From an uncultured bacterium (GTDB lineage: Bacteria; Krumholzibacteriota; Krumholzibacteriia; JACNKJ01): a stretch of DNA of 64,000 bases. The position numbers were made by a program, and so were the translations under genes. The notes beneath the pieces are model-generated. The model had not been told where the DNA came from. It worked only from the letters and a program-made list of their open reading frames with translations, and made no database searches. Below are positions 41,154 through 50,455 of this stretch, piece after piece; position 1 is the stretch's first letter; every line of letters starts with the position of its first letter. The DNA is taken from assembly GCA_963695095.1 (NCBI GenBank), contig CAVOFT010000001.1, forward strand, positions 2,656,001 through 2,720,000, written 5' to 3'.

Positions 41154-42391
41154 GGCCGCGCCGGGCTCAGCGCCTCGGCGAGGAGCTCGGCGGGATGCTG
41201 CACCGCGACAGGACTGCCCGCGCGAGCGAGGGCCGCCTCCCACTGCAGGCGGCAGCCGGGGTTGGCACTCAGCAGCGTATCGGCCTCGGTGCCGGCGAGA
41301 TCCTCCAGCTTGCTGTCGATCATCGCCCGGGAGAGCAGCGGCTCGCGCAGGAAGTAGCTGCCGCCTGCGCCACAGCAGCGCTCCGCGTGCGGAAGCTCCA
41401 CCCGCTCCAGACCGGCCACAGCGTCGAGCAGCGCGCGCGGCCCGGCCGCGATCCCCTGCGCATGGACGGCGTGGCAGGCATCGTCGTAGCTGACGCGGCG
41501 CGGCGCCGGCAGACGCAGGGCGCCGAGCTCGGCGGGGCTCACGCACTCGCTCCAGTCCCGCACGCGAGCGCTGAAGCGGGCCGCGGGCTCAGCCCAGTCC
41601 GGGTCCTCGGCCAGCCAGTGGGCGTACTCCTTGAGCGCAGCTCCGCAGCCGGCCGATCCCGTCACGATCGGGACCTCGTCGCCCTCGGCCGCGCAGGCGG
41701 CGATGTTCCTGCGGGCCAGGCGCAGGGAGCCCTCGATGTCGCCCAGATGCCTGGCCAGGGCGCCGCAGCAGGTCCAGCCCGCGGGCAGGGCGTAGCCGCC
41801 GCCGGCATCCAGCAGGCGCAGCAGCGCCGCCTCCGTCGCCGGAAAGAGCAGGCCCTCGACGCAGCCCGGGAAGTAGAGCTGGGGGGCCGCAGGCCGCGGC
41901 GGCGGCGGGGCGGCCGGGCGCGGCAGGCGCCGCGGCAGCCAGGCCAGGCCGCGCAGGGCGCCGAGGCCCGGCAGGGGCGCGAGCCGCGCGAGCAGGCGCG
42001 GCAGACGGAGCCAGATGGCGATGCGCAGGGGCGCGCGCAGGCGGCGCAGGCGCTCCGGATGGGCGATGAAGACCTCCAGCGCCCAGCGCGAGACCAGCGA
42101 GAGCCCGCCGCGCCGCTCGCGCAGGCGGGCCTGCGCGCGGTCGAGCATGCCCGCGTAGGGCACGCCGGCCGGGCAGCGCGCCTGACAGGCCAGGCAGCCC
42201 ACGCAGTGATCGAGGTGGACCTCCCAGGACTCGCGTTCGGGCGAGGCCTGGGCGAGCAGTTCCATGAGACGAATGCGGCCGCGCGGCCCCTCGGCCTCCT
42301 CGCGTCCGATGTCGTAGGTGGGACAGACCTCCAGGCAGAGGCCGCAGTTCACGCATTCGAGCAGGTCGAAGGGCCGGCTGAACTCAGCCAA
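41135..42391 (-). CDS. glcF: GlcF-like Fe-S oxidoreductase subunit
   Basis: CVNCGLCLEVCP, PRGRI, CVGCLACQARCP and two CCG domains. Confidence 0.85.
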   Translation of the reverse strand: MAEFSRPFDLLECVNCGLCLEVCPTYDIGREEAEGPRGRIRLMELLAQASPERESWEVHLDHCVGCLACQARCPAGVPYAGMLDRAQARLRERRGGLSLVSRWALEVFIAHPERLRRLRAPLRIAIWLRLPRLLARLAPLPGLGALRGLAWLPRRLPRPAAPPPPRPAAPQLYFPGCVEGLLFPATEAALLRLLDAGGGYALPAGWTCCGALARHLGDIEGSLRLARRNIAACAAEGDEVPIVTGSAGCGAALKEYAHWLAEDPDWAEPAARFSARVRDWSECVSPAELGALRLPAPRRVSYDDACHAVHAQGIAAGPRALLDAVAGLERVELPHAERCCGAGGSYFLREPLLSRAMIDSKLEDLAGTEADTLLSANPGCRLQWEAALARAGSPVAVQHPAELLAEALSPARPQRTRS

Positions 42392-43586
42392 AGAGCCACC
42401 TCCCCGGCGCCAGGCGGGCCTCGGGGTCGAGAGCCCGGGCCACGCGCTCGAGGAAGGCGGAACCGACGAGCCCCTGGAAGCTGGCCTGCCCTTCGGCGCT
42501 GCGGGCCCCCAGCTCGGCGCGGCGCAGCAGCAGGCTGCCCGTGGCCAAGGGCTGTTGGCCCTCGCGGAAGTCGGACGAGGGCTCGCTGCGCAGGCGCCGG
42601 CCCGGAAAGTCCAGCGCCCAGCGCGGCCCGATCGCGGGCACCAGGGCCAGCAGGCGCTCGAGAGCGCCTCGGTACTCTCGAAGCGCCGGGCGCGGCTCGA
42701 GCAAACCGCTGCTGGGGAAATCGCGGATGGCGCGCAACCAGGGACCCTGGTCGATCCCCTCGCGCGCCGTGATCACCGGCAGGAGGCCCTCCTCGCCGAG
42801 GAGCGCGAGCAGCCGTCCTTCCTGCTCCTCGATGGCGGCGGCGCGACCTTCCAGGCCGAAGACGAGGTGCAGGGCCGGCTCGAGGCCCTCGAGCTCGAGC
42901 CCGGGGCCGAGCAGCAGCTGGCCGGCAGGGAAGTCGCAGCGCCGGAAGAGCAGGCGCCCGGCCGCCACTGCCCGTTCCGGGAGACGGTAGCCCAGGACGA
43001 GCAAACGGCGCGCCTCGGGCCGCGGCCGCGTGCGCAGGCGCAGACGCGTGAGAATCGCCAGGGCGCCGCGGCTGCCGGCCATGAGTCGGCAGAGATCGTA
43101 GGCGGTGACGTTCTTCATCACCCGCCCCCCGCCGACGAAGGGGCTCCCATCGCTGAGCAGGCCGGCGACCCCGAGCAGCCGGTCGCGGGGACTGCGCTGG
43201 CCCCCGCGCCAGGGCCAGGATTCGTCGCAGGCGACGACGCCGCCCACGCTGCGCTGTTCGGGATGCGAAACCTGCCAGTCGAGTTCACGGTCGTCGGCGG
43301 CGAGGGCGGCCTGCACGTCGATCCAGGGCGTGCCGGCCGCGACCTCCACGAAGAAGTCCGCGCGGGAGTGCTCGAGGACCCCCCGCAGGGAGGCCGTCGA
43401 CAGCAGCCACTGGGCGGGCCCCGGCAGGGGCGGCAGCTCCTCGAGCAGGCGGGCGCCCGTCGGGTAGAGCAGCTTGCCGCGGCCGGCGCGGTCTTCGAGC
43501 AGGCGAGCAAGCTCGTCCGCGGCCTCGGGGCGGAACAGCCGCGGCGCCTCCTCGCCCTCGCTGCTGCCGGCCCGCGTGGTCACCAC
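42384..43586 (-). CDS. glcE: GlcE-like FAD-binding subunit
   Basis: SVGGVVA, RDRLLG and GGRVMKNVTAYDLCRLMAGSRG. Confidence 0.85.
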   Translation of the reverse strand: MVTTRAGSSEGEEAPRLFRPEAADELARLLEDRAGRGKLLYPTGARLLEELPPLPGPAQWLLSTASLRGVLEHSRADFFVEVAAGTPWIDVQAALAADDRELDWQVSHPEQRSVGGVVACDESWPWRGGQRSPRDRLLGVAGLLSDGSPFVGGGRVMKNVTAYDLCRLMAGSRGALAILTRLRLRTRPRPEARRLLVLGYRLPERAVAAGRLLFRRCDFPAGQLLLGPGLELEGLEPALHLVFGLEGRAAAIEEQEGRLLALLGEEGLLPVITAREGIDQGPWLRAIRDFPSSGLLEPRPALREYRGALERLLALVPAIGPRWALDFPGRRLRSEPSSDFREGQQPLATGSLLLRRAELGARSAEGQASFQGLVGSAFLERVARALDPEARLAPGRWLFG

Positions 43587-43609
43587 GCGCAGGGGATGGC
43601 CGCCGGGTT

Positions 43610-44995
43610 TCAGATCGGCGGGGGAAAGATCTTGCCCGGATTCAGGATGCCCCGCGGATCGAGGGCCTTCTTGAGCCGCAGGTGCGGCTCGCGGTCGGCG
43701 AGGCTCAGGGCGCGCGGCAGGTAGGCCGCCTTCTCGATGCCGATGCCGTGCTCCCCGCTCAGGGTGCCGCCCAGTTCGACGGCGAGATCGGCGAGGCCCT
43801 CGTTGAGCCGGTGCAGTCGGCTCAGCTGGGCCGGGTCCTCGCGATCGAAGCCGATGTTGGGGTGAAGATTGCCGTCGCCGGCGTGGAAGACGTTGGCCAC
43901 CGGCAGCTCGTGGGCGGCGGCGAGTTCGCCCACGCGGCGGATGGCCTCGGGCAGACGGCTGATCGGCACGCAGATGTCCTGCACGACGATGTCGCGGTAG
44001 AGCCGCCCCAGCGCGCCGAAGGCGCCCTTGCGGCCGCGCCAGAGCAGCTTGCGCTCGGTCGGATCCGTCGCCTCGCGCAGCCAGAGGGCGCCCTCGGCCG
44101 CCAGCAGGCTCGCCAGTTCCGCGCGCTCGGTGGCGACCTGGCCCGGCAGGCCGTCGAGTTCGACGAGCAGCACGGCCTCGGCCTCGGCCGGGTAGCCCGC
44201 GCGAAAGACCGAACCCTCGACGGCGCGCAGGGCCTCCCGGTCGAGGATCTCCAGGGCGGCGGGCCTGAGGCCCCGCTCGAGGATGCGGCTCACGACGGCG
44301 CAGGCCGCCTCCAGGCTGGCGTAGGGCGCGAGCAGCGTCGCCACGGCCTCCGGCAGCGGCGTGAGCGCGAGTTCCATGGCCGTCACCAGCGCGAGCGTGC
44401 CCTCGCTGCCCGTCAGCAGGCCGACGGCGTCCAGGGGGTCGCCGCCCGGCGATCCGCTCCCCAGGCGGTGCTGCGTGCCGCGATCATCGACGATCTCCAG
44501 ACCCAGCACGTGCTGCGTGGTGACGCCGATCTTGAAGCAATGGGGACCGCCCGCGTTCTCGGCGACGTTGCCGCCGAGAGTGGCCACGGTCTGGCTGCTG
44601 GGGTCCGGCGCAAAGCAGAGCCCGGCCGGAGCGAGCGCCTCCTGCAGCTCGCGGTTGACGAGACCGGGTTCCACCCAGGCGCGGCGCGAAGCGGCATCCC
44701 AGCTCAGGATGCGGCGCATGCGCGTGAAGGCGACGAGCAGGCCGCCCTCCAGGGGCACGGCGCCACCGGAGAGGCCGGTGCCGGCGCCGCGGGCGGTGAG
44801 CGGCAGCCCCTCTTCGGCGGCCAGCTTGACGATGGCCGCGCACTGCTCGGCGTTGCGCGGCAGCAGCACGAGGTCGGGCGCACGCCGATAGAGGCGCTGG
44901 CTGTCGCTCTCGTAGAGCGAGCGCAGGGCCGGCGACTCCAGCAGGTCCCCCGCCGCGAGCAGGCGCCGGAGTTCCCTGCGGACCCGCTCGATCAC
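43610..44995 (-). CDS. glcD: GlcD-like FAD-linked oxidase subunit
   Basis: RGAGTGLSGG, PDPSS, GSEGTL, HAGDGNLHP, GEHGIG and LNPGK; GTGA overlap. Confidence 0.9.
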   Translation of the reverse strand: MIERVRRELRRLLAAGDLLESPALRSLYESDSQRLYRRAPDLVLLPRNAEQCAAIVKLAAEEGLPLTARGAGTGLSGGAVPLEGGLLVAFTRMRRILSWDAASRRAWVEPGLVNRELQEALAPAGLCFAPDPSSQTVATLGGNVAENAGGPHCFKIGVTTQHVLGLEIVDDRGTQHRLGSGSPGGDPLDAVGLLTGSEGTLALVTAMELALTPLPEAVATLLAPYASLEAACAVVSRILERGLRPAALEILDREALRAVEGSVFRAGYPAEAEAVLLVELDGLPGQVATERAELASLLAAEGALWLREATDPTERKLLWRGRKGAFGALGRLYRDIVVQDICVPISRLPEAIRRVGELAAAHELPVANVFHAGDGNLHPNIGFDREDPAQLSRLHRLNEGLADLAVELGGTLSGEHGIGIEKAAYLPRALSLADREPHLRLKKALDPRGILNPGKIFPPPI

Positions 44996-46836
44996 GGCCT
45001 GTCGCCCCGCGTCGGATCGCAGAGGCTCACCCAGTCGCCGCTGAGCAGGCTGACGACGGGCCCGCCGGGCTCCAGGCGGCCGAGCGCGACCGGGGACTCG
45101 ATCTGGTCGAAGCCGGCGATGAGGGTCGCCGTCGTCCCCGACCAATCGAGGGCATAGCCCATCACGCGGGTCTGCCCGACCAGGCGCCCCCACCATTCGT
45201 CGCCGCCCGCGCTGAAGCGGCCGAGGCTCATGAATTCGGGCAGCGTGATGCTCGTCTGCGCGGCGAAGTCGCCGGCGTCGATGCGCTGCAGCGAGCTCGC
45301 GGCCACGTAGGCGAGCAAGAGGCCGCCGGCGCCGTCGAGCTGGAGGGCGATCGGGAAGCCGGGCAGATCGATGCTCTCGGCGAGGAAGGGCGAGCCCGTC
45401 AGGTCCACGCGCAGCAGGCGCAGGTTGCCGCCGGTCTCGGCGACGAAGAGCTGCTTGCCGTCGGGATCGGCGGCGAGCCGGCTGCCGGGGCTCAGGCTGC
45501 CCAGGAAGTCCAGGGTGTCCAGGGGCAGGAAGTTCAGGACGTCGTAGAGCACCGGAGCGCCGCCCGCGGCCGGCGCGAGGATGAGGCTGTCGCCCCCCAG
45601 CCAGGCGAGCGCGCCGGGCAGCAGCGCCGCGCTGCCCTCGCGCAGCAGCGCCAGCGGATCGCTGTCCAGGAGCTGCAGCGTGGCCTGCTGCCCGCCGGCG
45701 GCCGCGGCGGCCCAGAGGCGGCCGTCCGGCAGCGGCAGGATGACGGCGGGCGAGGCGCCGAGCGTGAGCGAATCCCGGGCGACGCCCTGGCCGTCGACGC
45801 TGAGCAGGCGCCCGCCGCTGTCATCGGCCAGCAGGAAGCGATCGCCGCCGGTCGGGAAGACCAGGCTTCTCTCCTCGGCATCGAGGCCGGCGAAGCGCTG
45901 CGCCGCGGCTCTGACATGGCAGAGCCCCAGCGGGCTCGTCGCCTGGCCCTGGCTGTCCAGCGTGTAGAGGCGATAGGTGTAGACCGCGTTGGCGGCCACG
46001 GCGAGGTCGGTGAAGAGCGTATCCGCCGGATCCGCGCTCGCGAAGACGAGCAGGTCGAGACTGTCGGCCGTGCTATCGCCCGTGTCACGGTAGAGGCGAT
46101 AGCCGGCGAAGTCCGCGTCCGCGTTCGCGGCCCAGCGCAGGGGGATCCGCGCGTAGTCGCCCGTGGGCTGGAAGCGCAGGCGCGAGGCCGCGGGCGGCGC
46201 GTCGATGGCGGCCGTCACCGTGAGCGCAGCGCTCAGATTGCCCGAGGGATCGATGCTGGCCAGCGTGTAGATGTAGTCGCGCTCCGGGGCGATGGCGATG
46301 TCCAGCCACGCGTTCACCGCGATGTCGAAGCGCTGCGCCTGCGGGTCGCCCGGGCTCTTGGTCACCCAGTAGCCGTCCAGGTCGCTGCTGTCGGCCGGGG
46401 CCGTCCAGACGAGGCGCAGGAACTCGCCCCCCACGCTCTGGACGCTGAAGCTCAGCGGCGCCGGCGGCGGCGTCACATCGAAGGGCAGCAGGGCGAAGCT
46501 CTGCTGCTCGTCCGCCTCGCCGAGTTCGACCCAGCGGCTCTCGGCGGCGAAGCCCGGCAGGCTGACGCGCAGGCTGTCGGCGCCGGTCGCCGTCGGGGCG
46601 AGGGTGTAGCTGCCGTCGGCGGCGCTGGTCGCGCTCAGCCCGCCCCAGCTCAGCGTGGCGCCGGCCAGCGGCACTTCCGGATTGAGGCGCTGGTAGATGG
46701 CGCCCTGCAGGCGCCCCGGGGCGACCTGCTCGGGCGGGGTGACCTTGCCGCTCTCGTCGCAGGCGCTGATCAGCGCGGCGAGAGCAAGCAGCGAGAGGGC
46801 AGCGGCGGACAGGATTCGGCGCGGCGGCGTGCTCAT
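44992..46836 (-). CDS. Lipoprotein with carboxypeptidase-regulatory-like, two FN3-like and beta-propeller-like regions
   Basis: Lipobox LISAC; ADGSY, DVTPP, WTAP, GYRLYR and YTYRL. Confidence 0.75.
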   Translation of the reverse strand: MSTPPRRILSAAALSLLALAALISACDESGKVTPPEQVAPGRLQGAIYQRLNPEVPLAGATLSWGGLSATSAADGSYTLAPTATGADSLRVSLPGFAAESRWVELGEADEQQSFALLPFDVTPPPAPLSFSVQSVGGEFLRLVWTAPADSSDLDGYWVTKSPGDPQAQRFDIAVNAWLDIAIAPERDYIYTLASIDPSGNLSAALTVTAAIDAPPAASRLRFQPTGDYARIPLRWAANADADFAGYRLYRDTGDSTADSLDLLVFASADPADTLFTDLAVAANAVYTYRLYTLDSQGQATSPLGLCHVRAAAQRFAGLDAEERSLVFPTGGDRFLLADDSGGRLLSVDGQGVARDSLTLGASPAVILPLPDGRLWAAAAAGGQQATLQLLDSDPLALLREGSAALLPGALAWLGGDSLILAPAAGGAPVLYDVLNFLPLDTLDFLGSLSPGSRLAADPDGKQLFVAETGGNLRLLRVDLTGSPFLAESIDLPGFPIALQLDGAGGLLLAYVAASSLQRIDAGDFAAQTSITLPEFMSLGRFSAGGDEWWGRLVGQTRVMGYALDWSGTTATLIAGFDQIESPVALGRLEPGGPVVSLLSGDWVSLCDPTRGDRP

Positions 46837-46970
46837 CGAGGCTCCCTGGCAGGGGGGAATACCCTGAGATAAGCGCATTGGGAGGCCCGGGTCAATCGGC
46901 CAGCCGCCGGCCTTGCCTGGCGGCGGCCTCGCCCCTATCCTGCACAGGTACCCCTGCCCGCGGAGAAGCC

Positions 46971-47843
46971 GTGAGTCCGCGACCCGCCCCCCTGCGCCGC
47001 CCCGACTGGCTGAAGGTCCGCCTGGACACGGGCGAGGACTATCGCGAACTCAAGCGCCTGATCGGCGAGCAGGCCCTCAACACGGTCTGCGAGGAGGCGC
47101 GCTGCCCCAACCTGCACGAGTGCTGGAACGCGCGCAGCGCCACCTTCATGATCCTGGGCGACACCTGCACGCGGCACTGCGGCTTCTGCAGCGTGGGCAA
47201 GGGGCGGCCGCTCGCGCCCGACGCCGACGAGCCGCGCCGCGTGGCCGAGGCCGTGCGCGCCATGGGCTGCCGCCACGCGGTGCTGACCAGCGTGGACCGC
47301 GACGACCTCGCCGACCTCGGCGCCGGCCACTGGGCGGCGACCCTGCGCGCGGTGCGCGCCGCGAGTCCGGGTCTCACGATTGAAACGCTGATTCCCGACT
47401 TCCAGGGCCGCCGCGATTGCCTGGCCACGGTGATGGCCGAGCGGCCCGAGGTGCTCAGCCACAACGTCGAAACCGTGCCCGAACGCTACAAGCCCGTGCG
47501 CCACGACTCGAGCTGGACGCGCTCGCTGGCCGTGCTCACGATGGCGAAGGAGTGGCAGGTAGATTACCGCGTGGGCATCAAGAGCGGGATGATGCTGGGC
47601 CTCGGCGAGACGCGCGAGCAGCTCATCGCGGCGATGGGCGGCCTGCTCGGCGCGGGCTGCGAGATCCTCACGCTGGGGCAGTACCTGTCGCCGACGCGGC
47701 ATCACCTGCCTGTGGAGCGCTTCGTGCCGCCCGACGAGTTCGCCGAGCTGAAGCTGATCGGCGAGGCGATGGGCTTCAAGCACGTCGAAGCCGGCCCCTT
47801 CGTGCGCTCGAGCTACATGGCGCACAAGCACGTTGGGCTCTGA
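46971..47843 (+). CDS. lipA: Lipoyl synthase
   Basis: RPDWLK, CEEARCPNLHEC, CTRHCGFC and RSSY. Confidence 0.97.
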   Translation: MSPRPAPLRRPDWLKVRLDTGEDYRELKRLIGEQALNTVCEEARCPNLHECWNARSATFMILGDTCTRHCGFCSVGKGRPLAPDADEPRRVAEAVRAMGCRHAVLTSVDRDDLADLGAGHWAATLRAVRAASPGLTIETLIPDFQGRRDCLATVMAERPEVLSHNVETVPERYKPVRHDSSWTRSLAVLTMAKEWQVDYRVGIKSGMMLGLGETREQLIAAMGGLLGAGCEILTLGQYLSPTRHHLPVERFVPPDEFAELKLIGEAMGFKHVEAGPFVRSSYMAHKHVGL

Positions 47844-47890
47844 TCGGCCAGTGCCCGGCGCAGGCATACCTGTACCGCACGCCGTGGGCC

Positions 47891-48565
47891 TCACTCCTCC
47901 TGTGCCGCCTCCATTGCCGCCACCGAGCGGCGAAAGAGATCCAGGACTGTACCGCGGTATTCGTCGAGGTTCTCACGGCACTCTGGCGAGGAGAAGACGA
48001 AGACAGAAGACCAGTGCAGTAGTGGCGTATCGCCGAGACGAGGGTTGGTGTTCCGCATCATCAACCCCGCGATTTCGGCGCCGGGACGCAACAGCTGGAC
48101 TTTGAGTCGGGAGTCGAAGAATCTTGGAGAATCGGGAGTGCGGGCATCACTGACGACTTCTGCGATCTTTCCAGGAGACTCGCCGGACAGGACGGAAGCA
48201 ATGCGAATCCTCAGAACGGAGTAACTTGTATACCGGAGACGGGGGAGGTCTGTCTCGGGGTCGAAAAGCGATGGGAATCGCTCTTTCCAAATTGGGGCGA
48301 TCCCGAGGACGGTGCCCGTGAAGTACACATAGTCTCTATGGAAGTCAAAGCCCGGGTCCATGCGATATGGACCGGGGAGGTGCAAGGCGGCGATGGAATC
48401 GCCCGCGGTGGCAGAAGCGGGAAGGTCGAAGAAGTCGTGGTAGTAGAGAGACTCTGGGTCATCGGCGCGCGGTCCCTGGTTGGTCATCTGCGAGCCAGCA
48501 ACGGCCGACGGCGACAGAGCCATTACCCCGATTGCTACGACAAGTGCGGCACGATGCGTCACCAT
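47891..48565 (-). CDS. Hypothetical secreted protein, lower-GC ORFan
   Basis: Signal peptide from ATG 48565 with GGAG RBS; visibly more A/T-rich than its neighbours. Confidence 0.55.
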   Translation of the reverse strand: MVTHRAALVVAIGVMALSPSAVAGSQMTNQGPRADDPESLYYHDFFDLPASATAGDSIAALHLPGPYRMDPGFDFHRDYVYFTGTVLGIAPIWKERFPSLFDPETDLPRLRYTSYSVLRIRIASVLSGESPGKIAEVVSDARTPDSPRFFDSRLKVQLLRPGAEIAGLMMRNTNPRLGDTPLLHWSSVFVFSSPECRENLDEYRGTVLDLFRRSVAAMEAAQEE

Positions 48566-48635
48566 ATCCCCACTCCAGTACGGGAGTCCCAACCCCTGAC
48601 GGCGGGCCACGGCAAGTCTGTGGCCCAGCCGCAAG

Positions 48636-49001
48636 CTACCGCAGGCGCCAGAAGCTCCAGGCGAGCAGCAGCCAGCCGGCGAGGAAGGCCAGACCGCCCA
48701 GCGGCGTGATCGCCCCCAGCCAGCGCAGGCCGGAGAGCGCGAGCGCGTAGAGGCTGCCCGAGAAGACCAGGGTCCCCGCCACGAAGCACCAGCCCGCCGC
48801 GCGCGCGGCGGTCTGGCCGCCTGCGTGCAACGCCCAGGCCACGGCGATGAGCGCGAAGGCGTGGTAGAGCTGGTAGCGCACGCCGGTCTCGAAGATCGCC
48901 AGCATGTCGGGGGCGAGGCGGCTCTTCAGCCCGTGCGCGGCGAAGGCGCCGAGGGCGACGGCGATGAATCCCGAGAGCGCGCCGAGGACTGCGAAGATCA
49001 T
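48636..49001 (-). CDS. DUF423 family membrane protein
   Basis: GAFAAHGLK, FETGVRYQLYH, FSGSLY and GAITPLGG. Confidence 0.93.
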   Translation of the reverse strand: MIFAVLGALSGFIAVALGAFAAHGLKSRLAPDMLAIFETGVRYQLYHAFALIAVAWALHAGGQTAARAAGWCFVAGTLVFSGSLYALALSGLRWLGAITPLGGLAFLAGWLLLAWSFWRLR

Positions 49002-49068
49002 GGCCGCAAGATAGCAGAGCCGCCGGCCGCGCGCATCACCTGGCTGGCGCTTCGCGGGGCCGCGCCGA

Positions 49069-50445
49069 TCACTTGAGAAGCACGAGGCGCGCACTCGTCG
49101 TGCCCGCCGCCGTCTCGGCCCGCGCAAAGTACAGGCCACCCGGCAGATCCTCCGGTCGCCAGACGAACTCGCGCCGTCCCGCCGGCTGGACGCCCTCGTG
49201 GAGCGTCGCCACGCGGCGGCCCAGCGCGTCGTGGATGCTGAGGCTGAGGGCACCCGCTAGGGGCAGTTCGAGCACGAGCGTTACCGCCGGATTGAAGGGG
49301 TTCGGCCAGGCGGCGAGACGGAGGGCCGCGGCCGGCGGCGTCTGGGCGGTCGTCGAGCCGCCGGGCATCACGATGTCGAAGGGCGGCAGGCCCAGGTTGA
49401 TCGCGGGGCTGAGCAGCTCGCCCGTGGCGGCGGCGTAGACGCGCAGGCCCTCGGCGCCGAGCCTGCGGTCGGCGAGGAAGAGCTCGCCCGCCCCGTCCAG
49501 CTCCATGTCCGTGAAGTCGTAGCCCGTGCCCGTGGCCAGGGTGCCGAGCAGCGCGCCCGTGCTCGGGTTGAAGCGCTTCACGCGCGTGACGAAGGCGGCG
49601 TCGGCGACGATGGCGTAGGCCAGTGCTTCGCTCACCCAGACCACATCGACGAGGTCGCCGCCCAGGGTGCTCTCGGTGACGCAGTGGCCCAGGCTCGCGA
49701 GCGCGACCGGGTCCACCAGCTCGACGCCGCCGTCGGCGAGGCCGTAGTAGCCCACGCAGGCGCAGGCGATCGACGCGCCCGCCCGCCCCAGCTCCCAGGT
49801 CGGATTCGCACCCTGCAGCGCGATGGCCTGCACGCCGGCCTGCCCGGGGTCGCAGTCCACGAGCGTGTCGGTCGCCATGTCGATGACGGCCAGGTAACTG
49901 TCGCCGACCGGTGCCCAGTAGAAGTCGCGGTCCAGGCGCAGGATGGCCACGAAGAGCAGCCCGTCCACGGCGATGCAATCGCCCGGCTCGCAGGAGCCGT
50001 CGGCGTCCGCCCAGGCCGAGAGGTCGATGGCGCCCAGCCAGGCGCCCGTCGCGGGGTTCATGATCAGCACGTCGTCCGCGTTCTGGCGCGGCAGGTAGGC
50101 CTTGGCGCCATCGGGACTGAAGGCCACGGCCTGCGGGTTGGTCGCCGTGCCCACCGAGAACTCGTGGAGAGTGGCAAAGTCCTGCGCGGGGTCGAGCACC
50201 TGCAGGTTGTCCGCACCATAGCGATTGACGATGTAGACGAGCCCGCCATGCGCGCGGCCCACGGCGTCCGCGTGGACGGTCGCCACGTCGCGCGTGGCGG
50301 TCCAGGGCGCATTCGATTCGCAGACGCTGAACTTGCCGGTCACCCAGTCCGTGCAGACGGCGCCCACGAAGGGCTGGGCGGGCGCGGGCGCCGCGGCGGC
50401 CGCGACGATGAGGGCGATGGCGAAGGCGCAAAGGTGCGGGCGCAT
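49069..50445 (-). CDS. YncE/BtuG-like beta-propeller protein with C-terminal T9SS/FlgD-like sorting domain
   Basis: Signal peptide, YIVNR, NPQAVAF and IDLS repeats; the C-terminus reads WPNPFNP...IHDALGRRV...GLYFAR...LVLLK. Confidence 0.8.
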   Translation of the reverse strand: MRPHLCAFAIALIVAAAAAPAPAQPFVGAVCTDWVTGKFSVCESNAPWTATRDVATVHADAVGRAHGGLVYIVNRYGADNLQVLDPAQDFATLHEFSVGTATNPQAVAFSPDGAKAYLPRQNADDVLIMNPATGAWLGAIDLSAWADADGSCEPGDCIAVDGLLFVAILRLDRDFYWAPVGDSYLAVIDMATDTLVDCDPGQAGVQAIALQGANPTWELGRAGASIACACVGYYGLADGGVELVDPVALASLGHCVTESTLGGDLVDVVWVSEALAYAIVADAAFVTRVKRFNPSTGALLGTLATGTGYDFTDMELDGAGELFLADRRLGAEGLRVYAAATGELLSPAINLGLPPFDIVMPGGSTTAQTPPAAALRLAAWPNPFNPAVTLVLELPLAGALSLSIHDALGRRVATLHEGVQPAGRREFVWRPEDLPGGLYFARAETAAGTTSARLVLLK

Positions 50446-50455
50446 GGGAGTCCTC

